In this document: in pieces, positions 44,871 through 54,538 of the stretch
Layout: each line of letters starts with the position of its first letter
How positions within the stretch are numbered: the stretch's first letter is position 1
Source: Alicyclobacillaceae bacterium
GTDB taxonomy: Bacteria > Bacillota > Bacilli > Kyrpidiales > Kyrpidiaceae
Direction: 5' to 3'
DNA length: 64,000 nucleotides
Assembly (NCBI GenBank): GCA_029961045.1
Contig: JASBVN010000036.1
Coordinates: forward strand, 6,079 to 70,078
Made by a program: the position numbers and the translations under genes
The notes under the pieces: generated by a model
Databases searched by the model: none
Told to the model about the DNA's origin: nothing
Seen by the model: the letters and a program-made list of their open reading frames with translations, nothing else

Positions 44871-46601
44871 TCAGTCCTCCATCGTCGACAGGTCGCCGGT
44901 CGGCAAGCCCAGTTCCCAAGCTTTCAGCACCCGGCGCATAATTTTGCCGCTGCGGGTCTTCGGCAATTTATCCCGAAACTCGATCTCCCGGGGCGCGGCG
45001 TGGGCCGCCAATCCCTTTTTCACGAATTCGCGGATTTCCTCTTTCAGGGCTTCGGACGGTTCGTATCCCTGGCGGAGGGAAACAAAGGCCTTGATAATCT
45101 CTCCGCGGATGGGATCGGGTTTTCCGATCACGCCCGCTTCGGCGACCGCCGGATGCTCGACCAGTTTGCTTTCCACTTCGAAGGGGCCGACCCGTTCCCC
45201 GGCGGTGTTGATCACATCGTCTACCCGGCCCTGGAACCAGAAATAGCCGTCTTCGTCCTTATACGCCGAATCCCCCGAGATGTACCAGCCTTCGAGCCGG
45301 AAATATTCCTGGTATTTGGAAGGATTGTTCCAAATCGCGCGCATCATCGAGGGCCAGCCTTTGCGAATGGCCAGATTTCCCATCCGGTAGGGCGGCAGTT
45401 CGTTGCCTTGGTCGTCGACGATCGCCGCATAAATTCCCGGAAAGGGCTTGCCCATGGACCCCGGTTTGATCTCCATGCAAGGATAGTTGCAGATCAGTTG
45501 GGCTCCCGTCTCCGTCATCCACCACGTGTCGTGGATCCGCTGGCCGTACACCTTCAACCCCCATCGCACCACTTCGGGGTTCAACGGTTCCCCCACCGAC
45601 AGGACGTGCCGCAAGGACGACAGGTCATACCGTTTGACCAGCTCGTCTCCGGCGGCCATGAGCATCCGCAGGGCCGTGGGCGCCGTATACCACACCGTCA
45701 CTTTGTTGTCTTGGATCGTCTGATACCAGTCTTCCGGACTGAACCGGCCGCCGCGGACGACATTGGTCACCCCGTTCAACCATGGGGCAAAAATACCGTA
45801 TGAAGTCCCCGTGACCCATCCCGGGTCCGCGGTACACCAATAAATGTCCCCAGGCCGCAGATCCAACACCCAGAGGCCCGTGATATAATGTTGAATCATC
45901 GCGTTGTGGACGTGGAGGACTCCCTTGGGCTTCCCCGTGGAACCGGAGGTGTAGTGGAGCAACATCCCGTCTTCCCGGTCGACCCATTCGATGTCCAGAG
46001 ACTCGGGAGCTTGTGCCATCAACGCTTCAAAGGAATGTTCTTTCGGTCCCGGCGTTCCCTTCAGACCGTATACCACTACATGTTCCAAATGCGGAAGGTC
46101 CTGAACCGGAATCCGTCCTTTTAAGGCCTCCGTGGTCACAATCACCTTTGCCTGGCTGTCTTCCAGCCGGTCCCGAACCGCCGCTTCCATAAAAGCTTCG
46201 AACAGAGGCCCGACGATGGCTCCCACTTTCAAAGCGCCGAGAAATGCCACGTACAATTCCGGACTCCGGGGCATAAAAATGAACACCCGATCCCCTTTTT
46301 TCACCCCGAGTCCCCGGAGCACGTTGCCAAATTGATTCGAAAGATTACGTAAATTACGGAACGTATAGGATTCCCTTCGATTGGCATCACTATACAAAAG
46401 GGCGATCCGGTCCCCCCGTCCCTCGTCTACATGCCGGTCGATCGCTTCGTAGGCCGCGTTGACCTTACCTGTCCGGTGCCACGTAAAGTAGGATTCCACG
46501 TCTTCCCATTTAAAGGTGCGGCAGGCCTCCTCGTAATCTTTCAGATTAAAGTCCTTGGCCATCACCGGAATGCGTTCGTCATGGTTCAGTCCTCGCTCCA
46601 C
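44871..46601 (-). CDS. acsA: acetyl-CoA synthetase (Bacillus AcsA type)
   Basis: FNLKDYEEACRTFKWEDVESYFTWHRTGKVNAAYEAIDRH resembles the B. subtilis AcsA N-terminus. YTSGSTGKPKGV is present, and SGKIMRR carries the acetylatable Lys. It is divergent from acuABC. Confidence 0.9.
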   Translation of the reverse strand: MERGLNHDERIPVMAKDFNLKDYEEACRTFKWEDVESYFTWHRTGKVNAAYEAIDRHVDEGRGDRIALLYSDANRRESYTFRNLRNLSNQFGNVLRGLGVKKGDRVFIFMPRSPELYVAFLGALKVGAIVGPLFEAFMEAAVRDRLEDSQAKVIVTTEALKGRIPVQDLPHLEHVVVYGLKGTPGPKEHSFEALMAQAPESLDIEWVDREDGMLLHYTSGSTGKPKGVLHVHNAMIQHYITGLWVLDLRPGDIYWCTADPGWVTGTSYGIFAPWLNGVTNVVRGGRFSPEDWYQTIQDNKVTVWYTAPTALRMLMAAGDELVKRYDLSSLRHVLSVGEPLNPEVVRWGLKVYGQRIHDTWWMTETGAQLICNYPCMEIKPGSMGKPFPGIYAAIVDDQGNELPPYRMGNLAIRKGWPSMMRAIWNNPSKYQEYFRLEGWYISGDSAYKDEDGYFWFQGRVDDVINTAGERVGPFEVESKLVEHPAVAEAGVIGKPDPIRGEIIKAFVSLRQGYEPSEALKEEIREFVKKGLAAHAAPREIEFRDKLPKTRSGKIMRRVLKAWELGLPTGDLSTMED

Positions 46602-46745
46602 GGCTTGACCCCCCGAATCTTAAAATTGAATACAAATCCATGCAGTTACAATTTTAGCACGATAGTTTTCGTTGCCGCAAGCCAAAGACTTTTTGAAGCT
46701 TTTTCTTGAATTTTTCGCAACATCCACTGTGCCCTCCTGCAGTTC

Positions 46746-46776
46746 TGCAGGGCGTTCCAGTATAATCGAGGTACAA
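46746..46776 (+). promoter_or_regulatory. putative acuA promoter -10 (TATAAT 46771-46776) with an overlapping inverted repeat CCTGCAG-TT-CTGCAGG
   Basis: Read directly from the sequence. The -35 box is weak. Confidence 0.4.
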
Positions 46777-46806
46777 AGTCTCGACGACGATGGAGGTATC
46801 GGCCCC

Positions 46807-47469
46807 ATGTCCAATTCCCAAAAGCTGCCCGAGGCGCCCCCCCATCCCAAACAATACCACGCCAAGATCCTGACCACACCTCGCGGGGATTTGATCGTCG
46901 AAGGCCCTGTGCCCTCCCAAACCCTGCGATCTTTAGTATTTCACGAAGGGTTAAATGCCTTTCGCCCCCCCGACCGGCAGCACAAGGCCCTGATCCACAT
47001 CGCGGACCTCCCCGAAGGCCGGATCATCATCGCGAGGACCCAGCAAGTGGTCGTCGGCTACGTGACGTTTTTGTATCCCGACCCCCTCGAGAGATGGTCG
47101 CAGGGCAACATGCCGGACCTCCTGGAACTGGGGGCGATCGAAGTGGCGGCTCCATACCGGAACGGAGGGGTGTCCAAGGCCCTGTTGGAAGTGGCCTATA
47201 TGGACGAGGCCATGGAAAACTACATCGTGATCTCCACCGAATACTATTGGCATTGGGATCTCGACGGGACCGGCCTTAACGTCTGGGAATACAAGGAAGT
47301 CATGAGAAAAGTCATGGGCAGCGTGGGAATGGAAGTGTACACCACCGACGATCCGGAGATATGCAGTCATCCGGCCAACATGCTGATGGCCCGGATCGGC
47401 CGCAATGTACCTCCCGAGTCGATCGAGAACTTCCACCGACTGCGCCTGCAAAACCGGCCCATGCTCTAA
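46807..47469 (+). CDS. acuA: acetoin-utilisation protein AcuA (GNAT acetyltransferase acting on AcsA)
   Basis: GAIEVAAPYRNGGVSKALLE and position in the conserved acsA/acuABC arrangement. Confidence 0.85.
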   Translation: MSNSQKLPEAPPHPKQYHAKILTTPRGDLIVEGPVPSQTLRSLVFHEGLNAFRPPDRQHKALIHIADLPEGRIIIARTQQVVVGYVTFLYPDPLERWSQGNMPDLLELGAIEVAAPYRNGGVSKALLEVAYMDEAMENYIVISTEYYWHWDLDGTGLNVWEYKEVMRKVMGSVGMEVYTTDDPEICSHPANMLMARIGRNVPPESIENFHRLRLQNRPML

Positions 47470-47481
47470 GGAGGGCTTTTC

Positions 47482-48126
47482 ATGCTTGTGGAGCAAATCA
47501 TGACGCGAGACGTCGTCACGGTCAACCCCCATACGCCTTTGATCGAAGCTCTGCAATTGAGTCGCGCCCGCCGCATCCGCCATTTTCCCGTCATGCAGGG
47601 ACAGGAATTGGTGGGAATCGTCTCCGATCGCGACATGCGGGACATCTGCCCCTCGATCCTCGACCCGAACTGGGAATCGGCCGTCCGATCCCTTCACATC
47701 CGGGACTGCATGAAACGGGACGTCATCACCGTCCACCCGTGGGATTTCATCGAAGACGCCGCCGCCGAGATGTTCCGCCAGCGGGTCAGTTGTCTGCCCG
47801 TCGTGCAAGACGGGAAATTGGTCGGCATTCTGACGGAACGGGACATCTTGCACACCCTCATCGACATGATGGGCGTCCTCGCTCCCTCGAGCCGCATTGA
47901 AGTCGAATTGCCCAACCGGCCGGGAGGACTCGCCGACGTGGCCGACATCCTCCGCGCCCGGAAGGTGAACGCTTGCTCCGTTTTGGTATTCCCCGGCGAC
48001 ACGCCCCAGACCCGGCGCCTCGTTTTGCGGGTGCAAACCATGGACCCGCGCCACATCATCGACGACATCACGGCCGCCGGCTACCGGGTGATTGGGCCGC
48101 TGCGAACCGGGGGCCGGGCGGGATGA
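47482..48126 (+). CDS. acuB: AcuB (CBS-pair + ACT domain protein)
   Basis: Two CBS repeats (IMTRDVVTVNP..., VSCLPVVQDGKLVGILTERDIL) and a C-terminal ACT-like segment. AAGGAGGG RBS. Confidence 0.85.
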   Translation: MLVEQIMTRDVVTVNPHTPLIEALQLSRARRIRHFPVMQGQELVGIVSDRDMRDICPSILDPNWESAVRSLHIRDCMKRDVITVHPWDFIEDAAAEMFRQRVSCLPVVQDGKLVGILTERDILHTLIDMMGVLAPSSRIEVELPNRPGGLADVADILRARKVNACSVLVFPGDTPQTRRLVLRVQTMDPRHIIDDITAAGYRVIGPLRTGGRAG

Positions 48127-49298
48127 AAAGACGTTCGGTCATCATCTACAGCGAGGACGTCCTGCGGTACAGATTTGGCGAGGAACACCCTTTTAATCCG
48201 TTGCGGCTGCGGATGACGTGGGACTTAATGAATGAACTGGGGCTTGTGACGGAGGACCACATCCGGGTCCCCCGTCCGGCCTCCGAAGAAGAACTGGCGC
48301 TCGTCCACTCCCCCGCGTACATCGAAGCCGTCAAGCGGGCCGGCTCGGGACAAGCCCCGCCCTCGCCGCCGGGCGGCGGCGAACCCACGTGGGAAGCCTT
48401 CGGCCTGGGAACGGAGGACACCCCGATCTTTCCAGACATGCACGAGGCTTCGGCCCTGATCGCGGGCGGCACCTTGCTGGCCGCCCAATTGGTGATGGAA
48501 GGCGAGGCCGAACACGCCTTCAATCTGGCTGGGGGCCTGCACCACGCCCACCGGCACATGGCCTCCGGTTTTTGCGTCTACAACGACATCGGCGTGGCCA
48601 TCGCCTGGCTCCGCCGGGAATACAATGTCCGCGTCGCGTATATCGACACCGACGCCCACCACGGAGACGGGGTCCAGTGGCTGTTTTACGAAGATCCGAA
48701 CGTGTTGACCATTTCTTTTCACGAAACGGGAAAATACCTGTATCCCGGAACCGGGGACATTCACGAGCGGGGGGACGGTCCGGGATACGGCTACGCGGTA
48801 AATTTCCCGCTGGAACCGTTCACCGAAGACGATTCTTGGATCGAAATGCTGCATCAGGCCCTTCCGACGTTGATCAAGGGGTTCGAGCCGGACATCATCA
48901 TCAGCCAGAACGGGTGCGACGGCCACCACTGGGACCCGCTGACCCATTTGTCGGCGACGACCCGCCTGTACCGGGAAATCCCTCGCCTCGTTCATCAGCT
49001 CGCCCATGAGGTGTGCGGGGGCCGGTGGGTGGCCGTGGGGGGAGGCGGCTACGACATCTGGCGGGTGGTCCCGCGGGCATGGACGATGCTGTGGGCGGAA
49101 TTATCCCATCAATCGATTCCCGACGAGATTCCCACAGCCTGGCTGGCCCGCTGGCAACCCCTCGCCCCCGATCCACTTCCGGTCTTCTTCATCGATCCGC
49201 CGGGTACGTTCCCGGCCATCCCCCGGCGGCAGGAAATCGAAAACCGCAACCGGATCACCCTGCGCAGATCGCTGATGGGCACTCCGTTTTTCACCTGA
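48123..49298 (+). CDS. acuC: AcuC (class I histone-deacetylase-family protein deacetylase)
   Basis: HPFNPLRL, GGLHHA, DTDAHHGDGVQ and Y..GGGGY. ATGA overlap with the acuB stop. Confidence 0.9.
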   Translation: MKRRSVIIYSEDVLRYRFGEEHPFNPLRLRMTWDLMNELGLVTEDHIRVPRPASEEELALVHSPAYIEAVKRAGSGQAPPSPPGGGEPTWEAFGLGTEDTPIFPDMHEASALIAGGTLLAAQLVMEGEAEHAFNLAGGLHHAHRHMASGFCVYNDIGVAIAWLRREYNVRVAYIDTDAHHGDGVQWLFYEDPNVLTISFHETGKYLYPGTGDIHERGDGPGYGYAVNFPLEPFTEDDSWIEMLHQALPTLIKGFEPDIIISQNGCDGHHWDPLTHLSATTRLYREIPRLVHQLAHEVCGGRWVAVGGGGYDIWRVVPRAWTMLWAELSHQSIPDEIPTAWLARWQPLAPDPLPVFFIDPPGTFPAIPRRQEIENRNRITLRRSLMGTPFFT

Positions 49299-49308
49299 CA
49301 TCACCGAA

Positions 49309-49337
49309 GGACCTCACCCCGGGGAGGTCCTCTTTTC
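49309..49337 (+). terminator. terminator after acuC
   Basis: GGACCTC-acccccggg-GAGGTCC followed by TCTTTTCT. Confidence 0.6.
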
Positions 49338-49406
49338 TCCACTCCCCATTCCAGCCGGCCCCCGAAGCCGTTCCCGCCGCCCGGCACCGGAAAACCCCGC
49401 CTGGCG

Positions 49407-49441
49407 AAAAAAAACGCCTCCCCGGATCGCCGGGAAAGCGT
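49407..49441 (-). terminator. rho-independent terminator after aroA(G)
   Basis: The minus strand reads ACGCTTTCCCGG-cgat-CCGGGGAGGCGT followed by TTTTTTTT. Confidence 0.7.
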
Positions 49442-49465
49442 ATGAAGCCTCTTCGCGAACCCGCC

Positions 49466-50560
49466 TTAGCGCACCGCCTGTTGCGCCGGCTCGGGCAAAA
49501 AGCCCCCTTGGCGAAGGGAATCCATCAGTTTAGCAAACTGATCCAGATCGATTTGTTGCTTCGCGTCGGACAGAGCCACACTGGGCTCCGGGTGCACCTC
49601 CACCATGATGCCGTCCGCTCCCGCCGCCAGCGCCGCCTTCGCCACCGGAGCGAGGATGTCTTTCCGGCCCGTGGAGTGGCTGATGTCCACCAACACCGGC
49701 AAATGGCTCTCTTGCTTCAGGATCGGCACAGCGGATATGTCCAGCGTATTGCGCGTGGCCTTTTCGTATGTGCGGATGCCCCGCTCGCAGAGAATAATCT
49801 GACTGTTGCCCCGGGACATGATGTATTCCGCAGCAAACAACAACTCTTCGATGGTCGCCGACAGCCCCCGCTTCAGCAGCACCGGCGTCCGGACAGATCC
49901 GGCCGCTTTGAGCAATTCGAAGTTTTGCATGTTCCGGGCGCCGATCTGGATGATGTCCACGTACTGGGTCGCCATCTCGATGTCCGCAGGGGTCACGATT
50001 TCGCTGATCACAACCATCCCGTATTTGTCCGCCGTCTCGCGCAGAAGGATCAACCCTTCTCGACCCAGTCCCTGGAAATCATAGGGCGATGTGCGGGGTT
50101 TGTACGCTCCGCCCCGGAGCAGCACGATCCCCTGGGCTCTCAAGCCCGCGCCGACCCGTTCCATCTGCTCCCGGGTCTCCACCGAACACGGCCCGGCGAC
50201 CACCACCGGGCGGCCGTCCCCGATGCGAACCCCCTTGACCTCGACCACGGTGTCCTCCGCCCGCCGCTTCCGGCTCACCAGGAGGTGCATTTTCTCCTCT
50301 TCCTGCAATTGGAGGGAAGCTTGGAAAATCTGCTTGAATAGATGCCGGATCGTGCTGTCGTCAAAGGGCCCCGGATTGGCCGCCACGATTTTGTCCAGCA
50401 TCTCTTTCTCCCGGGCCGGATCGAATCGCTGTACCCCTTGTGCCTGTTTGAGCCGGCCAATCCGCTGGACGATGTCCGCCCGCTGGCTCAGCAGGCGAAG
50501 CAGATCCATGTTGATCTCGTCGAGTTTAGCGCGCAATTGTTCCATCGTTTCCCCACTCAT
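49466..50560 (-). CDS. aroA: bifunctional chorismate mutase / 3-deoxy-7-phosphoheptulonate synthase (Bacillus AroA(G) type)
   Basis: N-terminal AroQ-type chorismate mutase ([30 protein letters not shown]) fused to a KDO8PS-like DAHP synthase ([23 protein letters not shown]). Confidence 0.88.
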   Translation of the reverse strand: MSGETMEQLRAKLDEINMDLLRLLSQRADIVQRIGRLKQAQGVQRFDPAREKEMLDKIVAANPGPFDDSTIRHLFKQIFQASLQLQEEEKMHLLVSRKRRAEDTVVEVKGVRIGDGRPVVVAGPCSVETREQMERVGAGLRAQGIVLLRGGAYKPRTSPYDFQGLGREGLILLRETADKYGMVVISEIVTPADIEMATQYVDIIQIGARNMQNFELLKAAGSVRTPVLLKRGLSATIEELLFAAEYIMSRGNSQIILCERGIRTYEKATRNTLDISAVPILKQESHLPVLVDISHSTGRKDILAPVAKAALAAGADGIMVEVHPEPSVALSDAKQQIDLDQFAKLMDSLRQGGFLPEPAQQAVR

Positions 50561-50597
50561 CTTCGCTTCCTCCCTCTCCCTTTGGGATGCGTTTCTC

Positions 50598-51725
50598 TCA
50601 ACGCGCCCGTTGCAGGGCCATTTCCTGCAAGACTTCGGCCATCGCCTTCAACAGGCGTTCGTTTTCGTCCGCGGTTCCAATGGTGATCCGCAGATAATCC
50701 GGAAGCCCGAAAGCCGCGCCGTCCCGGACGATGACGCCCCGGCGCAGCAGCTGTTGAAAAATGTCGGTGGACCGGTAGGGCACGCGTACGAGAATGAAAT
50801 TAGCCTCCGTCGGGACACAGCGACAGCCCAACGATTCCAGGCCTTCGTACAGTTGCCGTTTGCCCTCGCGATTGGACGTCAGGCTGCGCCGGCGGTGTTC
50901 GTCGTCTTCCAGAGCCGCCGCGGCGGCCGCCTGAGCGAGGGCGTTGACGTTAAAAGGCTCGCGCACCCGGTTGATCAACGCGATGATCTCCGGATCGCCG
51001 ATCGCGTAACCCACCCGCAGGGCCGCCAGGGCGTATAACTTGCTGAAGGTCCGGAGGACCACCACCTTGTACCCCTGCTTCAGAAGCGCCAAGCCGTCCC
51101 CGCAATCGGGAGCCTCCACATACTCGTGATACGCTTCGTCGAGGACCACCAGAACGCCCTCGGGCACCCGGCGGAGAAAAGCTTCCAGTTCCCCGGCCGG
51201 AATGTAGGTCCCCGTCGGGTTGTTGGGAGTGCAAAGGTAAATGATTTTCGTCCGCGGGGTAACGGCCTCGAGAAACGCATCCAGTTCGTAGCGAAACCCC
51301 TCACCGAGGGGGACGGGAACCGTTTTTCCCGCCATCACCCGGGCCGCAAACTCGTACTCCGAAAAAGACGGGGTCGGGACGATGACTTCGTCCCCCGGTT
51401 CGACAAAAGTCTCCGCAATGAGCTTGATCAGTTCGTCCGATCCGTTTCCGACCAGGAGGCTGCTTTCCGGAACCTGGTAATACCGGGCGAGGGCCTCCCG
51501 CAGATGCGTCGCGCCCCCGTCGGGATACCGGTGCAAGCTGGCCGCCGCGCGAACCACCGCTTCCTGAACCTTCGGCGAAGGACCGAGAGGGTTCTCGTTG
51601 GACGCGAGTTTGACCACCTCGCTCAGGCCGAATTCCCGTTGAACTTCTTCAATCGGCTTACCCGGTACGTAAGGCTCAATGCCCAGAATCGTCGGGCGTA
51701 CCCGAGATCCGATCGCGCCGCCCAT
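50598..51725 (-). CDS. hisC: histidinol-phosphate / aromatic aminotransferase
   Basis: [23 protein letters not shown] and [16 protein letters not shown] (PLP Lys). The ATG at 51725 follows AAGGGAGGGAG. Confidence 0.88.
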   Translation of the reverse strand: MGGAIGSRVRPTILGIEPYVPGKPIEEVQREFGLSEVVKLASNENPLGPSPKVQEAVVRAAASLHRYPDGGATHLREALARYYQVPESSLLVGNGSDELIKLIAETFVEPGDEVIVPTPSFSEYEFAARVMAGKTVPVPLGEGFRYELDAFLEAVTPRTKIIYLCTPNNPTGTYIPAGELEAFLRRVPEGVLVVLDEAYHEYVEAPDCGDGLALLKQGYKVVVLRTFSKLYALAALRVGYAIGDPEIIALINRVREPFNVNALAQAAAAAALEDDEHRRRSLTSNREGKRQLYEGLESLGCRCVPTEANFILVRVPYRSTDIFQQLLRRGVIVRDGAAFGLPDYLRITIGTADENERLLKAMAEVLQEMALQRAR

Positions 51726-51812
51726 CTGTTGTGACTCCCTCCCTTGACGGGGCCGCCGCCCCCGATTCACGACGGATCGCCGGCCGGGTCACGGGGTCCT
51801 CTAAATACAATG

Positions 51813-52105
51813 AAAAAAGAGCCGCACCCCAAGGGGCGAAGCACGGCTCCGCGGTACCACCCTCATTGACGGCCGTCAAACGACCGCCCACTTTGCGCGT
51901 CCCTTTTTTCGGGACGCCGTCCGAATAACGGGGACGAACCGGCTCAAACTACTCGCCCGCCGGACTTCGCTTCCGGCGGCTTTCCCCTGAGCGGCCCAGG
52001 AGTGAACTTCGGCGGGTTTCCCCCAGGGGCGCTTCCAGTCGCGGCGCCCCCTCCCTGTGAGTTAACGCCCGCTTACTCTCTCCTGCATTGCCTTGGCAAA
52101 ACTAT
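51813..52105 (-). promoter_or_regulatory. T-box riboswitch leader (specifier probably UUC, Phe) with a terminator
   Basis: The minus strand carries AGAGAGUA near the 5' end, an F-box-like CCGUUA and the T-box AGGGUGGUACCGCG (51850-51863). A hairpin (51819-51849) plus UUUUUU follows. The GAAGUUCA specifier loop has UUC at 52004-52006. Confidence 0.8.
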
Positions 52106-52114
52106 TTGGCGAGG

Positions 52115-52143
52115 ATTATAGCATACCTTTGGGGGAGCGGCAA
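52115..52143 (-). promoter_or_regulatory. sigma-A promoter for the T-box leader
   Basis: The minus strand reads TTGCCG-17 nt-TATAAT with an extended -10 TGc. Confidence 0.65.
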
Positions 52144-52416
52144 TAGGAGGGGCGCGGATTTTCAGCCATTTTCACCGGGGAAATGACCGGAGAAATGCCG
52201 GCAGGGGGAGATAGCCCGAAGTTTCATGGCCGGACATCCGGAAAGTCCGCTCAGAACGGGCAGGCCCGTCCTTTTCGGGTGAAAAGGCAGAGGCGGGCGG
52301 ACGCCCGATGCCCCGGGCCGGCATACGGGAAAACCGCAAAGCGGAAGCAGGACATACGGACAAAACGGACGAAATTTAGCCCGGATACAGTCCCGGAACG
52401 GAGGGAAACTCCTGAC

Positions 52417-53283
52417 ATGGACAGACCGGTCGTGAACGGCATCGGTCCGAATGACCGCCGCCCGATTCCTTTGGAAAACCGGAGCCGCTTCTCCGATGCG
52501 GCCGCCGCCGGCGCTTTCGCCCGGAAGCTCTCGGAGGCGATCGACGCCCGCCGCAACTTCGCCCCGGACGTGACGGCCGTGTCCACCGCGAAGTCGCCGG
52601 TCGGGGAGGACGTTCAAACGGGCCGGAAAGCCGGCGTCTCCTCCTTCGATGACGAAGCGTGGCTGTCCATGGTGCGCCTCTGGGCAGCGGAACGCATGGC
52701 CGCCCTCCCCGGCGCGGAAAACAACTCCACCCCCGGCCTGTCCGAACCGGCCTTCGGCGACTTGGGGTGGTGGTGGTTGTGGGAAGCGGCCGCGGGCCGG
52801 AACGGTTCCGGCCGGCCTCCGTCCCTGCGGTCCCCGGGCGCCCCGGTCGCTGCTGAAACCGTTTTGCCGGGCCGGCCGAAGGCCCCCGATGGAGCGGCCG
52901 GAACGGAGCGATGGATGCCGCTGATTCTGCAAACGGCCGGCCGCTACGGCCTTGATCCGGCCTTGCTCCGGGCGGTCATGGCGGTCGAAAGCGGCGGGAA
53001 CCCCTCCGCCCGCTCGCCGGCCGGCGCCCTCGGCCTCATGCAACTGATGCCTTCAACGGCCCGGAGCCTGGGGGTTGACCCCCTCGATCCCGCCCAAAAC
53101 CTGGACGGAGGCGCCCGGTATCTCCGGGATCTTTTGGCGCGGTTCCGGGGAGACGTCGTCCTGGCGCTGGCGGCCTACAACGCCGGCCCCGCCGCTGTGG
53201 AACGACACGGCGGGATTCCGCCCTACCCGGAAACCCGGGAGTACGTCCGCCGCGTTACGGAGCTGTACCGCAGGTTCCGCTAG
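52417..53283 (+). CDS. lytic transglycosylase (SLT domain)
   Basis: LLRAVMAVESGGNPSARSPAGALGLMQLMPSTA ... AAYNAGP. The ATG at 52417 follows GGAGGGA. The upstream part of the tracked ORF looks noncoding. Confidence 0.85.
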   Translation: MDRPVVNGIGPNDRRPIPLENRSRFSDAAAAGAFARKLSEAIDARRNFAPDVTAVSTAKSPVGEDVQTGRKAGVSSFDDEAWLSMVRLWAAERMAALPGAENNSTPGLSEPAFGDLGWWWLWEAAAGRNGSGRPPSLRSPGAPVAAETVLPGRPKAPDGAAGTERWMPLILQTAGRYGLDPALLRAVMAVESGGNPSARSPAGALGLMQLMPSTARSLGVDPLDPAQNLDGGARYLRDLLARFRGDVVLALAAYNAGPAAVERHGGIPPYPETREYVRRVTELYRRFR

Positions 53284-53298
53284 TCCCGGATTTCAAGG

Positions 53299-54354
53299 TT
53301 AAATCAAATAAAATCCCAGTCCCATGATGATATAGGCTCCCAGGGCCATCGCCCCTTCCAGCCAATTGGACTCCCCGTCCAGGGACAGCAGGGTGATCAA
53401 AGCCACTCCCAAGACCATCGCCGCAATCTCCGGCCATGTAAACACCAGCGTCATGGGATGGCCGACAAACAAACTCGTGAACACCAACAAGGGCGCCACG
53501 AACATGGCGATTTGCAAACTGCTGCCGATGGCGATCTCCAGGCTGACATCCATGCGGTTTCGCCACGCCATCAGCACCGCCGAACTGTGTTCCGCGGCAT
53601 TGCCGATGATCGCCACGACAATGACCCCGATAAACACCTCCGACCATCCCAGAGCCCGGGACACATGCTCGATGGTTTGAACCAGCAGTTCGCTTTCATA
53701 GGCAACGGCGGCGGTCGCCCCGGCCAGCACCGCGAGCGACCGCGCCATTCCCCACTCTGCCTCTTCCTGCGACAAATCTTCCGTGTAATTAAAGATATTC
53801 TTATGGGTAAACAAGGAAAAGAAAAGCCCCAATAAGTAGATGGCCAGACTCACGGCCGCCACGCCGATGCTCAACTCCACGCCGATGGCGGGGCGCTGCA
53901 TGGTGAAGATCGCGGGGATGACCAAGGCGATGACCACCCCGATCAACATCATGGAAGCGTTGGTGCCCGCGGCCCTCTGATTGAACGTTTGAATCGGGTG
54001 GCGGATTCCCCCGATTAAAAAACTCAAGCCCCCGACCAGGAGCAAGTTCCCCAGGATCGAGCCCGTTAGGGACGCCTGGACCACCTGTACGAGGCCTTCC
54101 CGAATGGCAAAAAAGCCGATGATCAATTCCACCGCGTTGCCGAAGGTGGCGTTCAGCAGACCGCCGATGCGCGGACCGCTCAAAACGGCGATGTTCTCGG
54201 TGGCCTTCCCCATCAAGCCGGCCAGCGGGATGATGGCGATACACGCCAACCAGAACAAGGCCATTTCCGGCCAGTGCAAAATATCCCCAATAACGGTCAG
54301 GGGCAGCGCAATCACCAGTATCCACGTCATCCACCGGTCCAATGGATGCGTCAA
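53299..54354 (-). CDS. Ca2+/H+ antiporter (CaCA/CAX family)
   Basis: Two alpha-repeats, GNAVELIIG and GNAAEHSSAV. About 11 TM helices by eye. Confidence 0.88.
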   Translation of the reverse strand: MTHPLDRWMTWILVIALPLTVIGDILHWPEMALFWLACIAIIPLAGLMGKATENIAVLSGPRIGGLLNATFGNAVELIIGFFAIREGLVQVVQASLTGSILGNLLLVGGLSFLIGGIRHPIQTFNQRAAGTNASMMLIGVVIALVIPAIFTMQRPAIGVELSIGVAAVSLAIYLLGLFFSLFTHKNIFNYTEDLSQEEAEWGMARSLAVLAGATAAVAYESELLVQTIEHVSRALGWSEVFIGVIVVAIIGNAAEHSSAVLMAWRNRMDVSLEIAIGSSLQIAMFVAPLLVFTSLFVGHPMTLVFTWPEIAAMVLGVALITLLSLDGESNWLEGAMALGAYIIMGLGFYLI

Positions 54355-54412
54355 CCTCCTTCATCCGTCCCAGACTGCCACCGTCATCGTAACATGTTTC
54401 ACCCTCCCGTGC

Positions 54413-54439
54413 AAAAGAAAATACCGCCCTTTGGGCGGC
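54413..54439 (-). terminator. rho-independent terminator downstream of actP
   Basis: The minus strand reads GCCGCCC-aaa-GGGCGGt followed by ATTTTCTTTT. Confidence 0.65.
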
Positions 54440-54490
54440 TTCGCGCCTTCTTCCGCTTTGGAGCCCGCCTGTGGGGAACCGGTCGCCGGG

Positions 54491-54523
54491 GGTTCGGGCC
54501 GCGACGGGAGCGCGGCCCGAACC
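54491..54523. other. 13-bp perfect GC-rich hairpin just after the actP stop
   Basis: GGTTCGGGCCGCG-acgggag-CGCGGCCCGAACC. Confidence 0.6.
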
Positions 54524-54538
54524 GTCTCCCCGGAACCC

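Noticed and set aside
46602-46806. A CcpA cre box in the acsA-acuA intergenic region.
   Set aside because: I found no sequence close enough to TGNAANCGNTNNCA by eye. This needs a matrix scan.
52162-53043. A 293-aa minus-strand ORF overlapping the lytic transglycosylase gene and the T-box promoter region.
   Set aside because: Its composition is Arg/Gly/Pro-rich and it has no motifs. The plus strand carries an unmistakable SLT catalytic motif.
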